Positions 45,425 through 55,300 are shown, counted from the first letter of the stretch. The stretch: 64,000 nt of DNA from Alistipes sp. (GCA_045638285.1 JAZUBB010000019.1:43053-107052); one strand, 5' to 3'. Translations and numbers: made by a program. The notes: generated by a model not told the origin, from the sequence alone.

Positions 45425-46810
45425 ATGAACAACAAAAGCATATATTTCGTCGGTATTGGCGGTATCGGAATGAGTGCCTTGGCACGTTATTTTATGCACG
45501 AGGGCTATCGTGTGGGCGGTTACGACCGCACGCCGTCGCCCCTGACCGAGCAACTCGCAAAGGAGGGTGCGGCGGTCCACTACGAGGATAGCGTCGAGTT
45601 GATCGGCGAGGAGTTTCGTGATCCGAGCTCGACGCGCGTGATCTACACCCCCGCGGTGCCGTCTGACCACTCGGAGCTGTGCTACTTCCGCGAGGGTGGT
45701 TTCGAGGTTATGAAACGCTCGCAAATGCTTGGTTTGCTGTGCGAAGACAACTACGTGATGGCGGTTGCGGGCACGCACGGCAAGACCACCACCTCGACCC
45801 TCGTGGCGTGGTTGAACCACCGCGCGGCAGGGTGCGGAAAGGCGGTATTGGGCGGTATCTCGAAGAACTTTGCGAGCAATTTAGTGCTCGGCGAGGGTCG
45901 TCGTATGACGGTCGAGGCAGATGAGTTCGACCGCTCGTTCCTGCGCCTCGATCCCGACGTCGCGGTGATCACCTCGGCAGACGCCGACCACCTCGATATC
46001 TATGGCACGCACGAGGCGGTGAAAGAGGCGTTTTCGCAGTTCGTCGACCGTATCAAAAAGGGCGGTACGCTCATCATCAAGAAGGGTGTCGAGGTGGCGA
46101 TTAACAATCAGTCAATCAACGTATTCCGATATTCGTACGACGAGCCGTGCGACTTCTATGCCTCGAACATCTCGACCGACGAGGGTGGCTACTACACCTT
46201 CGATCTGAACTGCCCCGATGGTGTTCTCAGCGGTCTGCGATTGGGTATCCCTGGGTGGGTCAATGTTGAGAATGCGGTGGCTGCGGTGGCGATGTTGTGG
46301 GCGGCGGCAAAGGCAGATAACCGTCCGCTCGATATCGTCGAACTGCGTGCCGCGCTCAACGAATTTTCGGGAGTGAAACGCCGTTTCGAGTTCTATGTCA
46401 ACCACCCCAAGCAGGTTTATATGGACGACTATGCCCACCACCCGCGCGAGTTGGGTGCGGCGATCTCGTCGGTACGCGCGATGTTCCCCAAGCGTCACCT
46501 GACCGCCATCTTCCAACCTCACCTCTTCACTCGCACGCGCGACCTCTATGACGGTTTTGCCGAGGCGTTGTCGATGGCAGATGAGGTTGTGTTGCTGCCG
46601 ATCTACCCCGCACGCGAGTTGCCGATCGAGGGTGTTACGGCAGAATTGATCGCACGCGAGCTGACCGCACCCTACCGCATTGTCGAGTTGGAGGAGCTGG
46701 CGGCAACGATCAGCGAGATGTCTACCGACGTGGTGGTGAGCTTCGGTGCGGGCAGTATCGACCGTCAAACCGAGGCGTTGGCAGCAGTTGCCGAGGCTAA
46801 ATGTCGTTAA
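45425..46810 (+). CDS. murC: UDP-N-acetylmuramate:L-alanine ligase
   Basis: FVGIGGIGMSALA and AGTHGKTTT blocks. The ATG at 45425 is preferred over the TTG at 45416. Confidence 0.92.
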   Translation: MNNKSIYFVGIGGIGMSALARYFMHEGYRVGGYDRTPSPLTEQLAKEGAAVHYEDSVELIGEEFRDPSSTRVIYTPAVPSDHSELCYFREGGFEVMKRSQMLGLLCEDNYVMAVAGTHGKTTTSTLVAWLNHRAAGCGKAVLGGISKNFASNLVLGEGRRMTVEADEFDRSFLRLDPDVAVITSADADHLDIYGTHEAVKEAFSQFVDRIKKGGTLIIKKGVEVAINNQSINVFRYSYDEPCDFYASNISTDEGGYYTFDLNCPDGVLSGLRLGIPGWVNVENAVAAVAMLWAAAKADNRPLDIVELRAALNEFSGVKRRFEFYVNHPKQVYMDDYAHHPRELGAAISSVRAMFPKRHLTAIFQPHLFTRTRDLYDGFAEALSMADEVVLLPIYPARELPIEGVTAELIARELTAPYRIVELEELAATISEMSTDVVVSFGAGSIDRQTEALAAVAEAKCR

Positions 46811-46822
46811 ACGCCAAACGAG

Positions 46823-47914
46823 ATGAAACAGATAGGTAAAATCATAGCGTTCAGCATCTTTTGGGTTGTTGTGATCGGTGTTATGGTGCTCCTCGGACGC
46901 CACTCATCGACTCGCGCCGAGGTGCAGACACTCACGGGCGTCGATGTGGTGGTCAAGGATAGTGCCCGCCGCCAAATGGTTGATCCACAGACCGTACGAA
47001 GCTGGATTGCCTCGATCAAAGTCGAGGGCGTGCGTGCTGTCGACGCTCCGCTGGGCGAGATCGAGCAGACGATTCTTTCGCACGGCTATGTGCGCTCGGC
47101 AGAGGCGTACCTGACCCCCAATGGTCGCGTGAAGGTCGAGGTGGAGCAGCACGAACCCGCGATGCGAATGATGCTCGATGGGGGCTACGACTTCTACCTC
47201 ACAACGGACGGCGAAGTGTTCCGTTCGCCCGAACTCTCAGCGGCATACGTGCCTGTGGTTACGGGACGTTTCGATGTTCCGTTCACGGCTAAGCACGAGG
47301 GTGCGACCGACGTTCAGTTACGACTGAAAATCAACGGATTGGACTCGCTTATCGACGCCACCGAGGAGGCTCGTAACGACCTTCTGATCGAGCAGCGACA
47401 AATCAAACGCCAACGCAGCAAACTCTACTCTCGCACGGTCAAAAAGGGGCTGTTCGAGTCGAAAGATGAGTTCGAGTGGCGCAAGGAGTCGCTCCTCAAA
47501 GTCAAAAAGGATTCGGGAGCTCTCTACACCTATCGAATGCGCGTCCGCCAAAAGGCTGCCGACCAAAAGACGATCGAGATAAATCGTTTGGTCGAAAAGC
47601 AAAAAAAGTTGCAAAAAAACTACGAAGATTTCATTAATCTCACTAACTTTGTGAAATTGATCGAAGGTGACGACTTCTGGCGAGCCCAGATAGTCGAAAT
47701 TGTCGTATCCCAATCGCAGAATGGTGCTCTGTTTCTGCGACTTGTGCCTCGCGCGGGTAACCATACGATCGTTTTTGGTCGAATCGAGAAGGTCGAGCGT
47801 AAACTCGACCGCTTGATGCGTTTCTATCGTGAGGGTCTCGACAAGGAGGGTTGGAATACCTACCGCACCATCGACGTGCGCTTCGACAATCAGGTGGTAT
47901 GCACCAAGCGATAG
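46823..47914 (+). CDS. ftsQ: FtsQ-like cell division protein with an inserted Lys/Arg-rich coiled-coil segment
   Basis: N-terminal TM helix, POTRA-like region and dcw position. At 363 aa it seems long for FtsQ. Confidence 0.7.
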   Translation: MKQIGKIIAFSIFWVVVIGVMVLLGRHSSTRAEVQTLTGVDVVVKDSARRQMVDPQTVRSWIASIKVEGVRAVDAPLGEIEQTILSHGYVRSAEAYLTPNGRVKVEVEQHEPAMRMMLDGGYDFYLTTDGEVFRSPELSAAYVPVVTGRFDVPFTAKHEGATDVQLRLKINGLDSLIDATEEARNDLLIEQRQIKRQRSKLYSRTVKKGLFESKDEFEWRKESLLKVKKDSGALYTYRMRVRQKAADQKTIEINRLVEKQKKLQKNYEDFINLTNFVKLIEGDDFWRAQIVEIVVSQSQNGALFLRLVPRAGNHTIVFGRIEKVERKLDRLMRFYREGLDKEGWNTYRTIDVRFDNQVVCTKR

Positions 47915-47963
47915 AGGGCTTTTGATAGATTTACAAATGAAAATTCTTCGGCGCGAGTAGCAA

Positions 47964-48040
47964 CACGCACCTTCGGGGGCTGGGGCGGTCGCCGAAGGCG
48001 AGCCCCCGAAGGTGTGCCGAAATCAAAGATTTCGCCATTT
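47964..48040. repeat. GC-rich nested palindrome (canonical copy) plus CGAAATCAAAGATTTCG hairpin, between ftsQ and ftsA
   Basis: The palindrome at 47968-48014 is identical to 17834-17880. Confidence 0.9.
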
Positions 48041-48123
48041 TTGCGGTGCCAGAACATAGCGCAAAAGAGGTGCAAAGTCTTTGATTTGCAAGGAATTGAA
48101 GAAAAACGAAAAAATATATACAC

Positions 48124-49746
48124 GTGGAAAAGAAGAACTACATAGTGGCAATTGATCTCGGCTCGCACAACGTGACCGCAGCAGCGGCAGTGCGCGGTGC
48201 CGACGACAAAATGGTGATTGAGGCAGTCGTGCGCGAGAAGTCGGAAGGCGTGAGCAGTGGCGCAATCGACAACATCGAACTTGCAGCCAAATCGCTCAAA
48301 ACAGCCGTCGATAAGCTCCAAGAGCAGCTGAATATCAAGGTGTTCGAGGCATATTTCGGCATCTCAGGCGAGTTTATTCGCTGCACCAGCCATAACGATT
48401 GGGTGGCTGTGGGTGACTATGCAAACGGCGTCAGCCAGAGCGATGTCGATGAACTCTATGCGCGTATGGGGAAGGTGAGCGCACCGAGCGACGACGAGGT
48501 GATTTTGGAGCGTATCCCTCAGAATTTCGTCGTCGATGGCAACAAAGAGGTGCCCAATCCGGTCGGTTCGTTCGGTAAGAGCCTCTCGTCGACCTTCAAC
48601 TTCATTTTGAGCCTGCGCACCCCCATTCAGCGACTGACAAATGCGGTGTTGAAGCTGGGTATCAAGCCCTTAGCTATCCACATCAATCCGTTGGTTACGG
48701 CTGAGACACTGCTCGTTTCGGACGAAAAGGAGGAGGGTATCGCAGTGGTCGATATGGGTGCCGACGTGACCGACGTGACGATCTACTACAACAATGTGGT
48801 GCGCTATGTAGCCTCGATTCCGATCGGTTCGAACGCCATCAATAACGATATTCGCTCGCTCAGTATCCCCGAAAAGTCGGTCGAGAAGATGAAGGTGAAG
48901 TACGGTAACGCCGTGGCTGCCAACGTCAAAGAGGACGCAGGTATCGCCTACAACACCCCGAAGGGTAAGAAGGTGATCTTGCAGTGCAACCTGGCGGCAG
49001 CAATCGAGGCTCGCGTGCAGGATATCGCCGATCTGGTGGTCAATGAGATCAAAAATGCAGGTTTCGATAAGAAACTTCCCTACGGCATCGTGCTGACTGG
49101 TGGTGGTGCAAATTTGGAGGGTATCGCCGACGCATTTACCCAGCATACGGGCATTGATACCCGTATCGGAGTGCCCGAAATGGTTGTCGATGAGGAGTCT
49201 GCCGAGAAGGTCGATGGTCCTGAGTATGCGACCATTACGGGTCTGTTGTGGAACGCTTTGCAGGGCGGTGCCTATTGTATGGTCGATCAGCGACCCGCAC
49301 CCGCACAGCCCGTGCAGCAGCCCACTCCCGCACCTGCGCCGCGACCTCAGCAGCCGCGCTTTACGCCCCCCGTACCCCCGACACCCGCTCCGCAACCCAC
49401 GCCGCGTGTGGTAACCCCCACGCCTGCGCCCGCACCTGCACCGACCCCCGCACCTACGTCGGAGCCCACAAAGCCGCAGACGATCAATGAGCGTTATGGT
49501 GCTCAGCAGCAGAGTGTTGATCAGCCTAAGCAGGCTCCTGCAACCACTCCGACTCCTGCACCTGCACCTGCACCCGCACCCGCACCCACCCCCGCACCTT
49601 CGACTGAGGGTACTCCCGATGTTGATGATCAGGCACCGAAGGCGAAGAAGGGCGGCTTGTTCGAGGGCTTGAAGAAGTTGGGCAAGAAGGCGACTGAGCT
49701 TCTCGAAAAGATGGATAGCAACAACGCCGACGACGATATTATTTAA
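48124..49746 (+). CDS. ftsA: Cell division protein FtsA with a Pro/Ala/Thr-rich linker of about 120 aa before the C-terminal amphipathic helix
   Basis: Actin-like ATPase blocks (IVAIDLGSHNV, VVDMGADVTD, LTGGGANLEGI). GTG start. C-terminal GGLFEGLKKLGKKATELLEKM membrane-targeting-like helix. Confidence 0.88.
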   Translation: MEKKNYIVAIDLGSHNVTAAAAVRGADDKMVIEAVVREKSEGVSSGAIDNIELAAKSLKTAVDKLQEQLNIKVFEAYFGISGEFIRCTSHNDWVAVGDYANGVSQSDVDELYARMGKVSAPSDDEVILERIPQNFVVDGNKEVPNPVGSFGKSLSSTFNFILSLRTPIQRLTNAVLKLGIKPLAIHINPLVTAETLLVSDEKEEGIAVVDMGADVTDVTIYYNNVVRYVASIPIGSNAINNDIRSLSIPEKSVEKMKVKYGNAVAANVKEDAGIAYNTPKGKKVILQCNLAAAIEARVQDIADLVVNEIKNAGFDKKLPYGIVLTGGGANLEGIADAFTQHTGIDTRIGVPEMVVDEESAEKVDGPEYATITGLLWNALQGGAYCMVDQRPAPAQPVQQPTPAPAPRPQQPRFTPPVPPTPAPQPTPRVVTPTPAPAPAPTPAPTSEPTKPQTINERYGAQQQSVDQPKQAPATTPTPAPAPAPAPAPTPAPSTEGTPDVDDQAPKAKKGGLFEGLKKLGKKATELLEKMDSNNADDDII

Positions 49747-49770
49747 CCCCGCAATGCCGACACTGAAACG

Positions 49771-51141
49771 ATGAATAACGATATAATCAATTCGTTGAAC
49801 GTTGAACGCTCGCAAGCCTCGAAGTCGCACATTATGGTGATTGGCGTCGGTGGCGCGGGCGGTAACGCTGTCAACTATATGCACGAACTCGGCATCAAAG
49901 ATGTCGATTTTATGGTGTGCAACACCGACCAGCAGGCTCTCGATATCAGTCCCGTCGAATTGAAAGTTCGTCTGGGTGAGGACGGTTTGGGTGCAGGTAA
50001 CGACCCCGCCGTAGGTCGTCGCGCGGCGATCACCAGCCTCGATATGGTCAAGCAGATGTTCGAGAACTTCTCGACTAAGATGGTCTTTATCACCGCCGGT
50101 ATGGGTGGTGGTACGGGTACGGGAGCCTCGCCCGTGATCGCTAAGGCGGCACGCGAGATGGATATCCTGACCGTCGGTATTGTCACCTCGCCCCTCAAAA
50201 TCGAGGGTCAGATTCGCTACAAACAGGCGATGGCAGGTATCGAGGAGATGAAGGGCTGCGTCGATTCGTTGCTGATTATCAACAACGACAACATTATGGC
50301 AATGGGCGACTCGACAACAACGGTCGATCAGGCGTTCTCGATGGCTGACGAGGTGTTGGCGTTGGCAGCAAAGGGCATTGCCGAGATCATCACGATCAAG
50401 AGCCCGCGTACGAATATCGACTTTGCCGATGTGTCGAAGGTGATGACCAATAGCGGTCGCACGCATATGGGTGTGAGCCGCGCGTCGGGTGAGGATCGCG
50501 CCGAGACTGCTGCGCGTAATTCGTTGCGTTCGCCTCTGCTGGATCACAACTCGATCCGCGGTGCTAAAAATATCTTGCTGAATATCAGCTGCGACAAGCG
50601 CGAAAATATGATGTATCACGAGCTGACGACGATCCTCGAAGTGATCCAATCGGAGGCTAAATATACCGACGAGAATGGTGTTCTGCACGACGCGAATATC
50701 ATCTGGGGTAATAGTGCCAAGCCCGCGTTGGACGACGATTTGGAGGTGATCGTGGTGGCTACGGGCTTTGAGGCTCAGGGCGATATGACGAGCGACGAGG
50801 CGAGCGACAATGCTCCGTTAGTTGCGGGTGTACCCACCGCGGCACCCACGACAACCACCCTGCCACCACGACCGAGTGAGACGGGTGCTGCGAAGCGTCC
50901 GACGGTTGCTGTGCCGCGTCCGATGATCCCCGTTGTGCTGGGTGCCCGCAAGAATCGCTTTATGGAGATCGACGAGATGAAGCGAACTCCCGCCTACGTG
51001 CGTCGCAAGTCGCCAATGCAGGTGATGAACTCGCCCGCGAACACAAAGTTGATCAACGAGAGCGAAAAGACTCCGAGCAAATCGAAGATCGACAATTCGG
51101 GCAGTGGCAATCTGTTCAGCGATCAGGAGCAAAAAGGATAG
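49771..51141 (+). CDS. ftsZ: Cell division GTPase FtsZ
   Basis: GVGGAGGNAVNYM and the tubulin signature GMGGGTGTGASPVIA. Confidence 0.95.
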   Translation: MNNDIINSLNVERSQASKSHIMVIGVGGAGGNAVNYMHELGIKDVDFMVCNTDQQALDISPVELKVRLGEDGLGAGNDPAVGRRAAITSLDMVKQMFENFSTKMVFITAGMGGGTGTGASPVIAKAAREMDILTVGIVTSPLKIEGQIRYKQAMAGIEEMKGCVDSLLIINNDNIMAMGDSTTTVDQAFSMADEVLALAAKGIAEIITIKSPRTNIDFADVSKVMTNSGRTHMGVSRASGEDRAETAARNSLRSPLLDHNSIRGAKNILLNISCDKRENMMYHELTTILEVIQSEAKYTDENGVLHDANIIWGNSAKPALDDDLEVIVVATGFEAQGDMTSDEASDNAPLVAGVPTAAPTTTTLPPRPSETGAAKRPTVAVPRPMIPVVLGARKNRFMEIDEMKRTPAYVRRKSPMQVMNSPANTKLINESEKTPSKSKIDNSGSGNLFSDQEQKG

Positions 51142-51162
51142 TATTAACCAAACCGTAAAGAA

Positions 51163-52464
51163 TTGACACTTACATATTTATCAATTATCGCCTTAGGGCA
51201 GTTTGAGCCTTCATCAGTGATCGCAATGGCACTGGTGTTGGCTTTGTTATTGTGTGTTTCGGCGTTTGTTTCGGGATCGGAAACCGCATTTTTCTCGCTC
51301 ACCTCGCAGCAGATCCGCGAGATGAAGGAGAGCGGTCAGCCCAGCTCCGAAACCATTATCCGACTGCTGACACAAAGCGACCGATTGTTGGCTACGATTC
51401 TGATTGTCAATAATTTGGTCAATATCTGTATTACGATTATCTCGGCACGAATCGTCGATCTGATGTTCGTGTTCCAGTCGGATGCGTGGACCTTTGTATT
51501 CAAGACGGTCTGCGTCACGTTCCTGTTGTTGCTGTTCGGCGAGATCCTGCCCAAGGTGCTTGCCAACTCCAACCCGTTGCGCGTGGCTCGCTTTGCTGCT
51601 GCGCCGCTCTCGGTACTCAATACCCTCGTCAAGCCGTTGGCTATGGTGCTTGTGCGCACGGGTCGAGGTATCAACAACCGCTTCGAAGCCAAGCGCGACA
51701 ACCTCTCGATGGACGAACTGTCGAACGCTATCGACCTCGCCTCGAATGACCAGACGCAGGAGGAACGCAAGATGTTGTCGGGTATTGTCAATTTCGTGAA
51801 TACCGACGTTTCGGAGATTATGAAACCCCGAATCGACATCGTTGCAGTCGAGATCAACGAGAGCTATTCGGCTGTGAAAGAGCACATTATCAAGTCGGGT
51901 TACTCGCGTATTCCGGTCTATGAGGAGAGTGCCGACAACATCAAGGGAGTGCTCTATGTCAAGGATTTGATCCCCTATATCCACAACGACGACTCGTTCG
52001 AATGGGTGTCGTTGCTGCGCCAGCCCTACTACGTGCCCGCGCATAAGAAGATCAACGACCTGCTCGAAGAGTTCCAGACGACGAAGGTACACTTGGCGAT
52101 CGTGGTCGATGAGTACGGCTCGACGCTCGGTTTGGTGTCGTTGGAGGATATTTTGGAGGAGATCGTGGGCGAAATTTCGGACGAGAGCGACACGTTCGAA
52201 ACCTTCTATACGAAACTTCCCGACGGGTCGTATCTCTTTGACGGTAAGACACATATCGGCGATTTTGAGCGCGTGATGACACTCCCCGAGGACGCTCTCT
52301 CGGAGGTCAAGGGCGAGGCGGAAACAATGGCAGGTCTGATGCTCGAAATCAAGCGCGAACTGCTCAAAAAGGGCGACTCGGTTACCACCCACGGTCTGCG
52401 TCTGACGGTCAAGTCGGTCGATGGTCGCCGCGTGGATAAGATCCGCGTCGAGAAGATCGCCTAA
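51163..52464 (+). CDS. CNNM/GldE-like protein (DUF21 - CBS pair - CorC_HlyC)
   Basis: N-terminal 4-TM DUF21 domain (SGSETAFFSL), a central CBS pair and a C-terminal CorC_HlyC-like domain. The TTG start is uncertain. Confidence 0.8.
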   Translation: MTLTYLSIIALGQFEPSSVIAMALVLALLLCVSAFVSGSETAFFSLTSQQIREMKESGQPSSETIIRLLTQSDRLLATILIVNNLVNICITIISARIVDLMFVFQSDAWTFVFKTVCVTFLLLLFGEILPKVLANSNPLRVARFAAAPLSVLNTLVKPLAMVLVRTGRGINNRFEAKRDNLSMDELSNAIDLASNDQTQEERKMLSGIVNFVNTDVSEIMKPRIDIVAVEINESYSAVKEHIIKSGYSRIPVYEESADNIKGVLYVKDLIPYIHNDDSFEWVSLLRQPYYVPAHKKINDLLEEFQTTKVHLAIVVDEYGSTLGLVSLEDILEEIVGEISDESDTFETFYTKLPDGSYLFDGKTHIGDFERVMTLPEDALSEVKGEAETMAGLMLEIKRELLKKGDSVTTHGLRLTVKSVDGRRVDKIRVEKIA

Positions 52465-52475
52465 ATCATCATAAA

Positions 52476-53111
52476 ATGCTTATTCCCAATCCGATAGAGG
52501 TCGTTGTGCGCGAAATTCCGACCGATGACTCGGCTCTGTTTGCAGGGTTGAGCGATGAGGAGCGTGCGCACGCCACGCAACTTACGGCTTCTCGACGCCG
52601 CGAGTGGGTGGCGTGGCGTGGGTTGTTGCGCGAGCGGGCGGAGCGTTGGGGTGTCGGCGAGCAGGCTCTGCGCGTGGCATATTCGACGTCGGGCGAGCCG
52701 CAGTTTGAGGGTTTGGAGGGGTCGATTTCGGTCACTCATTCGCGGAGGTTTGTGGCTTTGGCACGCGCGTGGGAGGGGCGTTGCGGAATCGACATCGAGC
52801 ACCTCGACCGCAACTTCGAACACATTGAAAATAAATACATTAGCAACACTGAGCGACTGCTGCCGACTGCTGCCGACGAGCGTTTTCGTGCGGCAGTGTG
52901 GTGCGCCAAGGAGGCGATGTTCAAATGTGTGGGGCGCAAGGGGGTCGATTTCCGACGCGATTTACAGCTCACCGAGGTCGATTTCGAGTGCGGTGAGGTG
53001 CGTGGCACAGCCTTTGGCGAGCCCCTCGCAGGCGTGATCGAGCAACTCGACGGCGCACTGCTTGTGGCTATCACGAGCAATCCCGATCAATCTTTCATCA
53101 TCACTGAATAG
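52476..53111 (+). CDS. 4'-phosphopantetheinyl transferase (Sfp type)
   Basis: SVTHS, GIDIEHL (metal ligands) and WCAKEAMFK blocks. Confidence 0.78.
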   Translation: MLIPNPIEVVVREIPTDDSALFAGLSDEERAHATQLTASRRREWVAWRGLLRERAERWGVGEQALRVAYSTSGEPQFEGLEGSISVTHSRRFVALARAWEGRCGIDIEHLDRNFEHIENKYISNTERLLPTAADERFRAAVWCAKEAMFKCVGRKGVDFRRDLQLTEVDFECGEVRGTAFGEPLAGVIEQLDGALLVAITSNPDQSFIITE

Positions 53112-53136
53112 GCGAGTCGAGGCGGCTCGCTTTTTT
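53112..53136 (+). terminator. Intrinsic terminator after the PPTase gene
   Basis: GCGAGTC-GAGGC-GGCTCGC followed by TTTTTT. Confidence 0.55.
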
Positions 53137-53400
53137 GTTTTTGGAGCGGTGCGAGGGGCTCGATCCTGCACTCGCGCAACGCTATTCTTGGCACTCAATT
53201 TGCAAGTTCATCGAGTGGACGCACGCACCTCGGCAGCGCACGATCGGGGTCACCAACGGGCGTTCACGAACGGCAAATGAGCACTCTCTTTTTCCGATAC
53301 TTTTACTTTTTCTCTTTCGATTGGCGTTGTGCGTGTGTGCAACGCCAATTTTGTGGTTCGGCACGTTGTCGAACTGCGTAAACATCTAAAACTGAGAACT

Positions 53401-54384
53401 ATGAAACACATTCACTCCTCATATCTCGGACTGCAACTCTCCTCGCCCGTTGTGGTTGCGAGCTCGCCTTTCACGGCGGACATCGAGGGCATTCGCGCGG
53501 CGGCAGAGGCAGGTGCGGGCGCGGTGGTACTCAAATCAATTTTCGAGGAGCAGATCATCGGTCAGGCGGACCACCTTTCGGAGTTCGGGACCTCGCCTTT
53601 TGGCGATACGGACGACTATCTGCAACACTACGTGGGCGAGGATTATCGCGGTCGGTTTCTGCGTTTGGTGACCGACGCGAAGGCGCAAACCTCGATTCCG
53701 ATCATCGCCAGCATCAACTGCATTGGCGCGGGTGCGCGGTGGGTAGACTATGCCAAGGAGTTGGCTACGGCGGGGGCTGATGCGCTGGAAATCAACCTCT
53801 TCACGCTCGCTGCCGACCGTCATATCCGCTCCGAGCAGATCGAGGAGGAGTACCAATATGTGGTGCGGCGAATCTGCGCGACGGTGAATATCCCCGTGTC
53901 GGTTAAGCTACCGCTGCGACTGACCGCACCGATCAATCTGATTGATCGTCTGTGGGGTGTCGGGGCGCGGGGCGTGGTACTCCACAACCGTCCGTTCGAG
54001 CCCGATGTCGATATCGACGCACTCCATTTCAAGGCGGCAAATCCGTTCAGCGAGGTAGTCGAATTGCGCAATTCGCTGCGTTGGGTTGCGCTCTGCACAC
54101 GCGTGGTGCCGCAGATCGATGTTGCCGTTTCGACGGGCGTGCATAGTGGCACGGAGGCGGTGAAGGCTCTGCTGTGCGGTGCGCGGGCGGTGCAGGTCTG
54201 CACAGCGATACAAAAAGGTGGTTATGAGGCGATTAACGAGATCAATCAGGCTATCAACGCGTGGGGACGCGAGCACGGATTCCGCACGATCGAGGAGTTT
54301 CGCGGTCGCGTTGCCGAGCCACCCGACAGCAAGGACGACCTTCTGCTACGCACACAATATATGCGCTACTTCCCGAAAGGGTAG
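53401..54384 (+). CDS. Dihydroorotate dehydrogenase-like TIM-barrel flavoprotein
   Basis: From MKHIHSSYLGLQLSSPVVVASSP. GAGAVVLKSIFEEQ and class-1 DHOD-like barrel blocks. Its exact function cannot be assigned. Confidence 0.7.
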   Translation: MKHIHSSYLGLQLSSPVVVASSPFTADIEGIRAAAEAGAGAVVLKSIFEEQIIGQADHLSEFGTSPFGDTDDYLQHYVGEDYRGRFLRLVTDAKAQTSIPIIASINCIGAGARWVDYAKELATAGADALEINLFTLAADRHIRSEQIEEEYQYVVRRICATVNIPVSVKLPLRLTAPINLIDRLWGVGARGVVLHNRPFEPDVDIDALHFKAANPFSEVVELRNSLRWVALCTRVVPQIDVAVSTGVHSGTEAVKALLCGARAVQVCTAIQKGGYEAINEINQAINAWGREHGFRTIEEFRGRVAEPPDSKDDLLLRTQYMRYFPKG

Positions 54385-54390
54385 GCTGTG

Positions 54391-54446
54391 AGATTCAAAA
54401 TTCAAAATTCAAAATTCAAAGTTCAAAGTTCAAAAAGCAAGATTTC
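54391..54446. repeat. 7-bp repeat array
   Basis: AGATTCAAAATTCAAAATTCAAAATTCAAAGTTCAAAGTTCAAAAAGCAAGATTTC. Confidence 0.85.
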
Positions 54447-54534
54447 ATTTTTAGTAAAAGTCAGAAAATGCAAAACACGCCCATATGGCGTGCCCGCAGC
54501 CACCGAACTTGGATTAATTGTATGCAAAGAAAAA

Positions 54535-54566
54535 CAATTTTGAATTTTGCTTTTTGAATTTTGAAT
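54535..54566. repeat. 7-bp repeat array (opposite orientation) directly 3' of comF
   Basis: AATTTTGAATTTTGCTTTTTGAATTTTGAATA. The hairpin ACACGCC-CATAT-GGCGTG at 54475-54491 lies between the two arrays. Confidence 0.8.
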
Positions 54567-54568
54567 AG

Positions 54569-55300
54569 CTAAAACATATCCGCCACCTCGCGTTGCGAAA
54601 CGGCTAAGGTCACGACGCTGATTCGGCAGTCGGGAGCCGCGCGGAGGATAGCCTCGGCGCAGGCGCAAATCGTTGCACCAGTGGTAAATACGTCATCGAC
54701 TAACAACACGTGGCGAGCAGCAAACTGCTCCCCTCGACGCACCTCGAAACGACCGTGAACATTCTCCCAACGCTCGTTTTTGGCGCGGCGTGTTTGCGAG
54801 GTTGTGTAGCGCGTGCGGCGCAACGAACGACGATCAACCTCTCGCCCAAGCACCCGCCCAATACCCTCGGCAATGTACTCCGATTGGTTGTAGCCGCGCC
54901 ACATTCGACGCAGCGGGTGCAGCGGCACAGGCACAATCACATCGACCGACTCGAACGCCCGCGAGCGCACCAACTCGCCACCCAACCACTCGCCCATATC
55001 GCGTGCCAGCCGCCACTTCGAGCCATACTTAAATGCGTGAATCACACGACGATAGGGGCTTCCTTCGATATAGAAAAATAGTGCCGACGCCTGCACAAAT
55101 GGCATTAGTCCCCACAGCCGTCGCTCCATTGCGTTGTCGATGTGACCGATGTAGCCGGTCATTGGCATTGCGACGCGACAACGGTTGCAAATCACCTGCT
55201 CGCCCTCGCGCATTGTAGCGTTGCAAACGGGGCAGACGGGCGGAAAAATCAGAGCGTGGAGATCGCTCAATGCGCGACGTAACTTATTGAGGATCAACAT
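54569..55300 (-). CDS. comF: ComF family phosphoribosyltransferase-like protein
   Basis: N-terminal double Cys pairs (CPVCNATMREGEQVICNRC) and the C-terminal PRTase block VLLVDDVFTTGAT. The chosen start overlaps the priA stop by 17 nt. Confidence 0.8.
   Translation of the reverse strand: MLILNKLRRALSDLHALIFPPVCPVCNATMREGEQVICNRCRVAMPMTGYIGHIDNAMERRLWGLMPFVQASALFFYIEGSPYRRVIHAFKYGSKWRLARDMGEWLGGELVRSRAFESVDVIVPVPLHPLRRMWRGYNQSEYIAEGIGRVLGREVDRRSLRRTRYTTSQTRRAKNERWENVHGRFEVRRGEQFAARHVLLVDDVFTTGATICACAEAILRAAPDCRISVVTLAVSQREVADMF

Noticed and set aside
48670-50688. A 672-aa minus-strand ORF opposite ftsA and ftsZ.
   Set aside because: It is antisense to two unambiguous division genes. Its Arg/Cys/Gly-rich stretch simply mirrors the Pro/Ala-rich FtsA linker.
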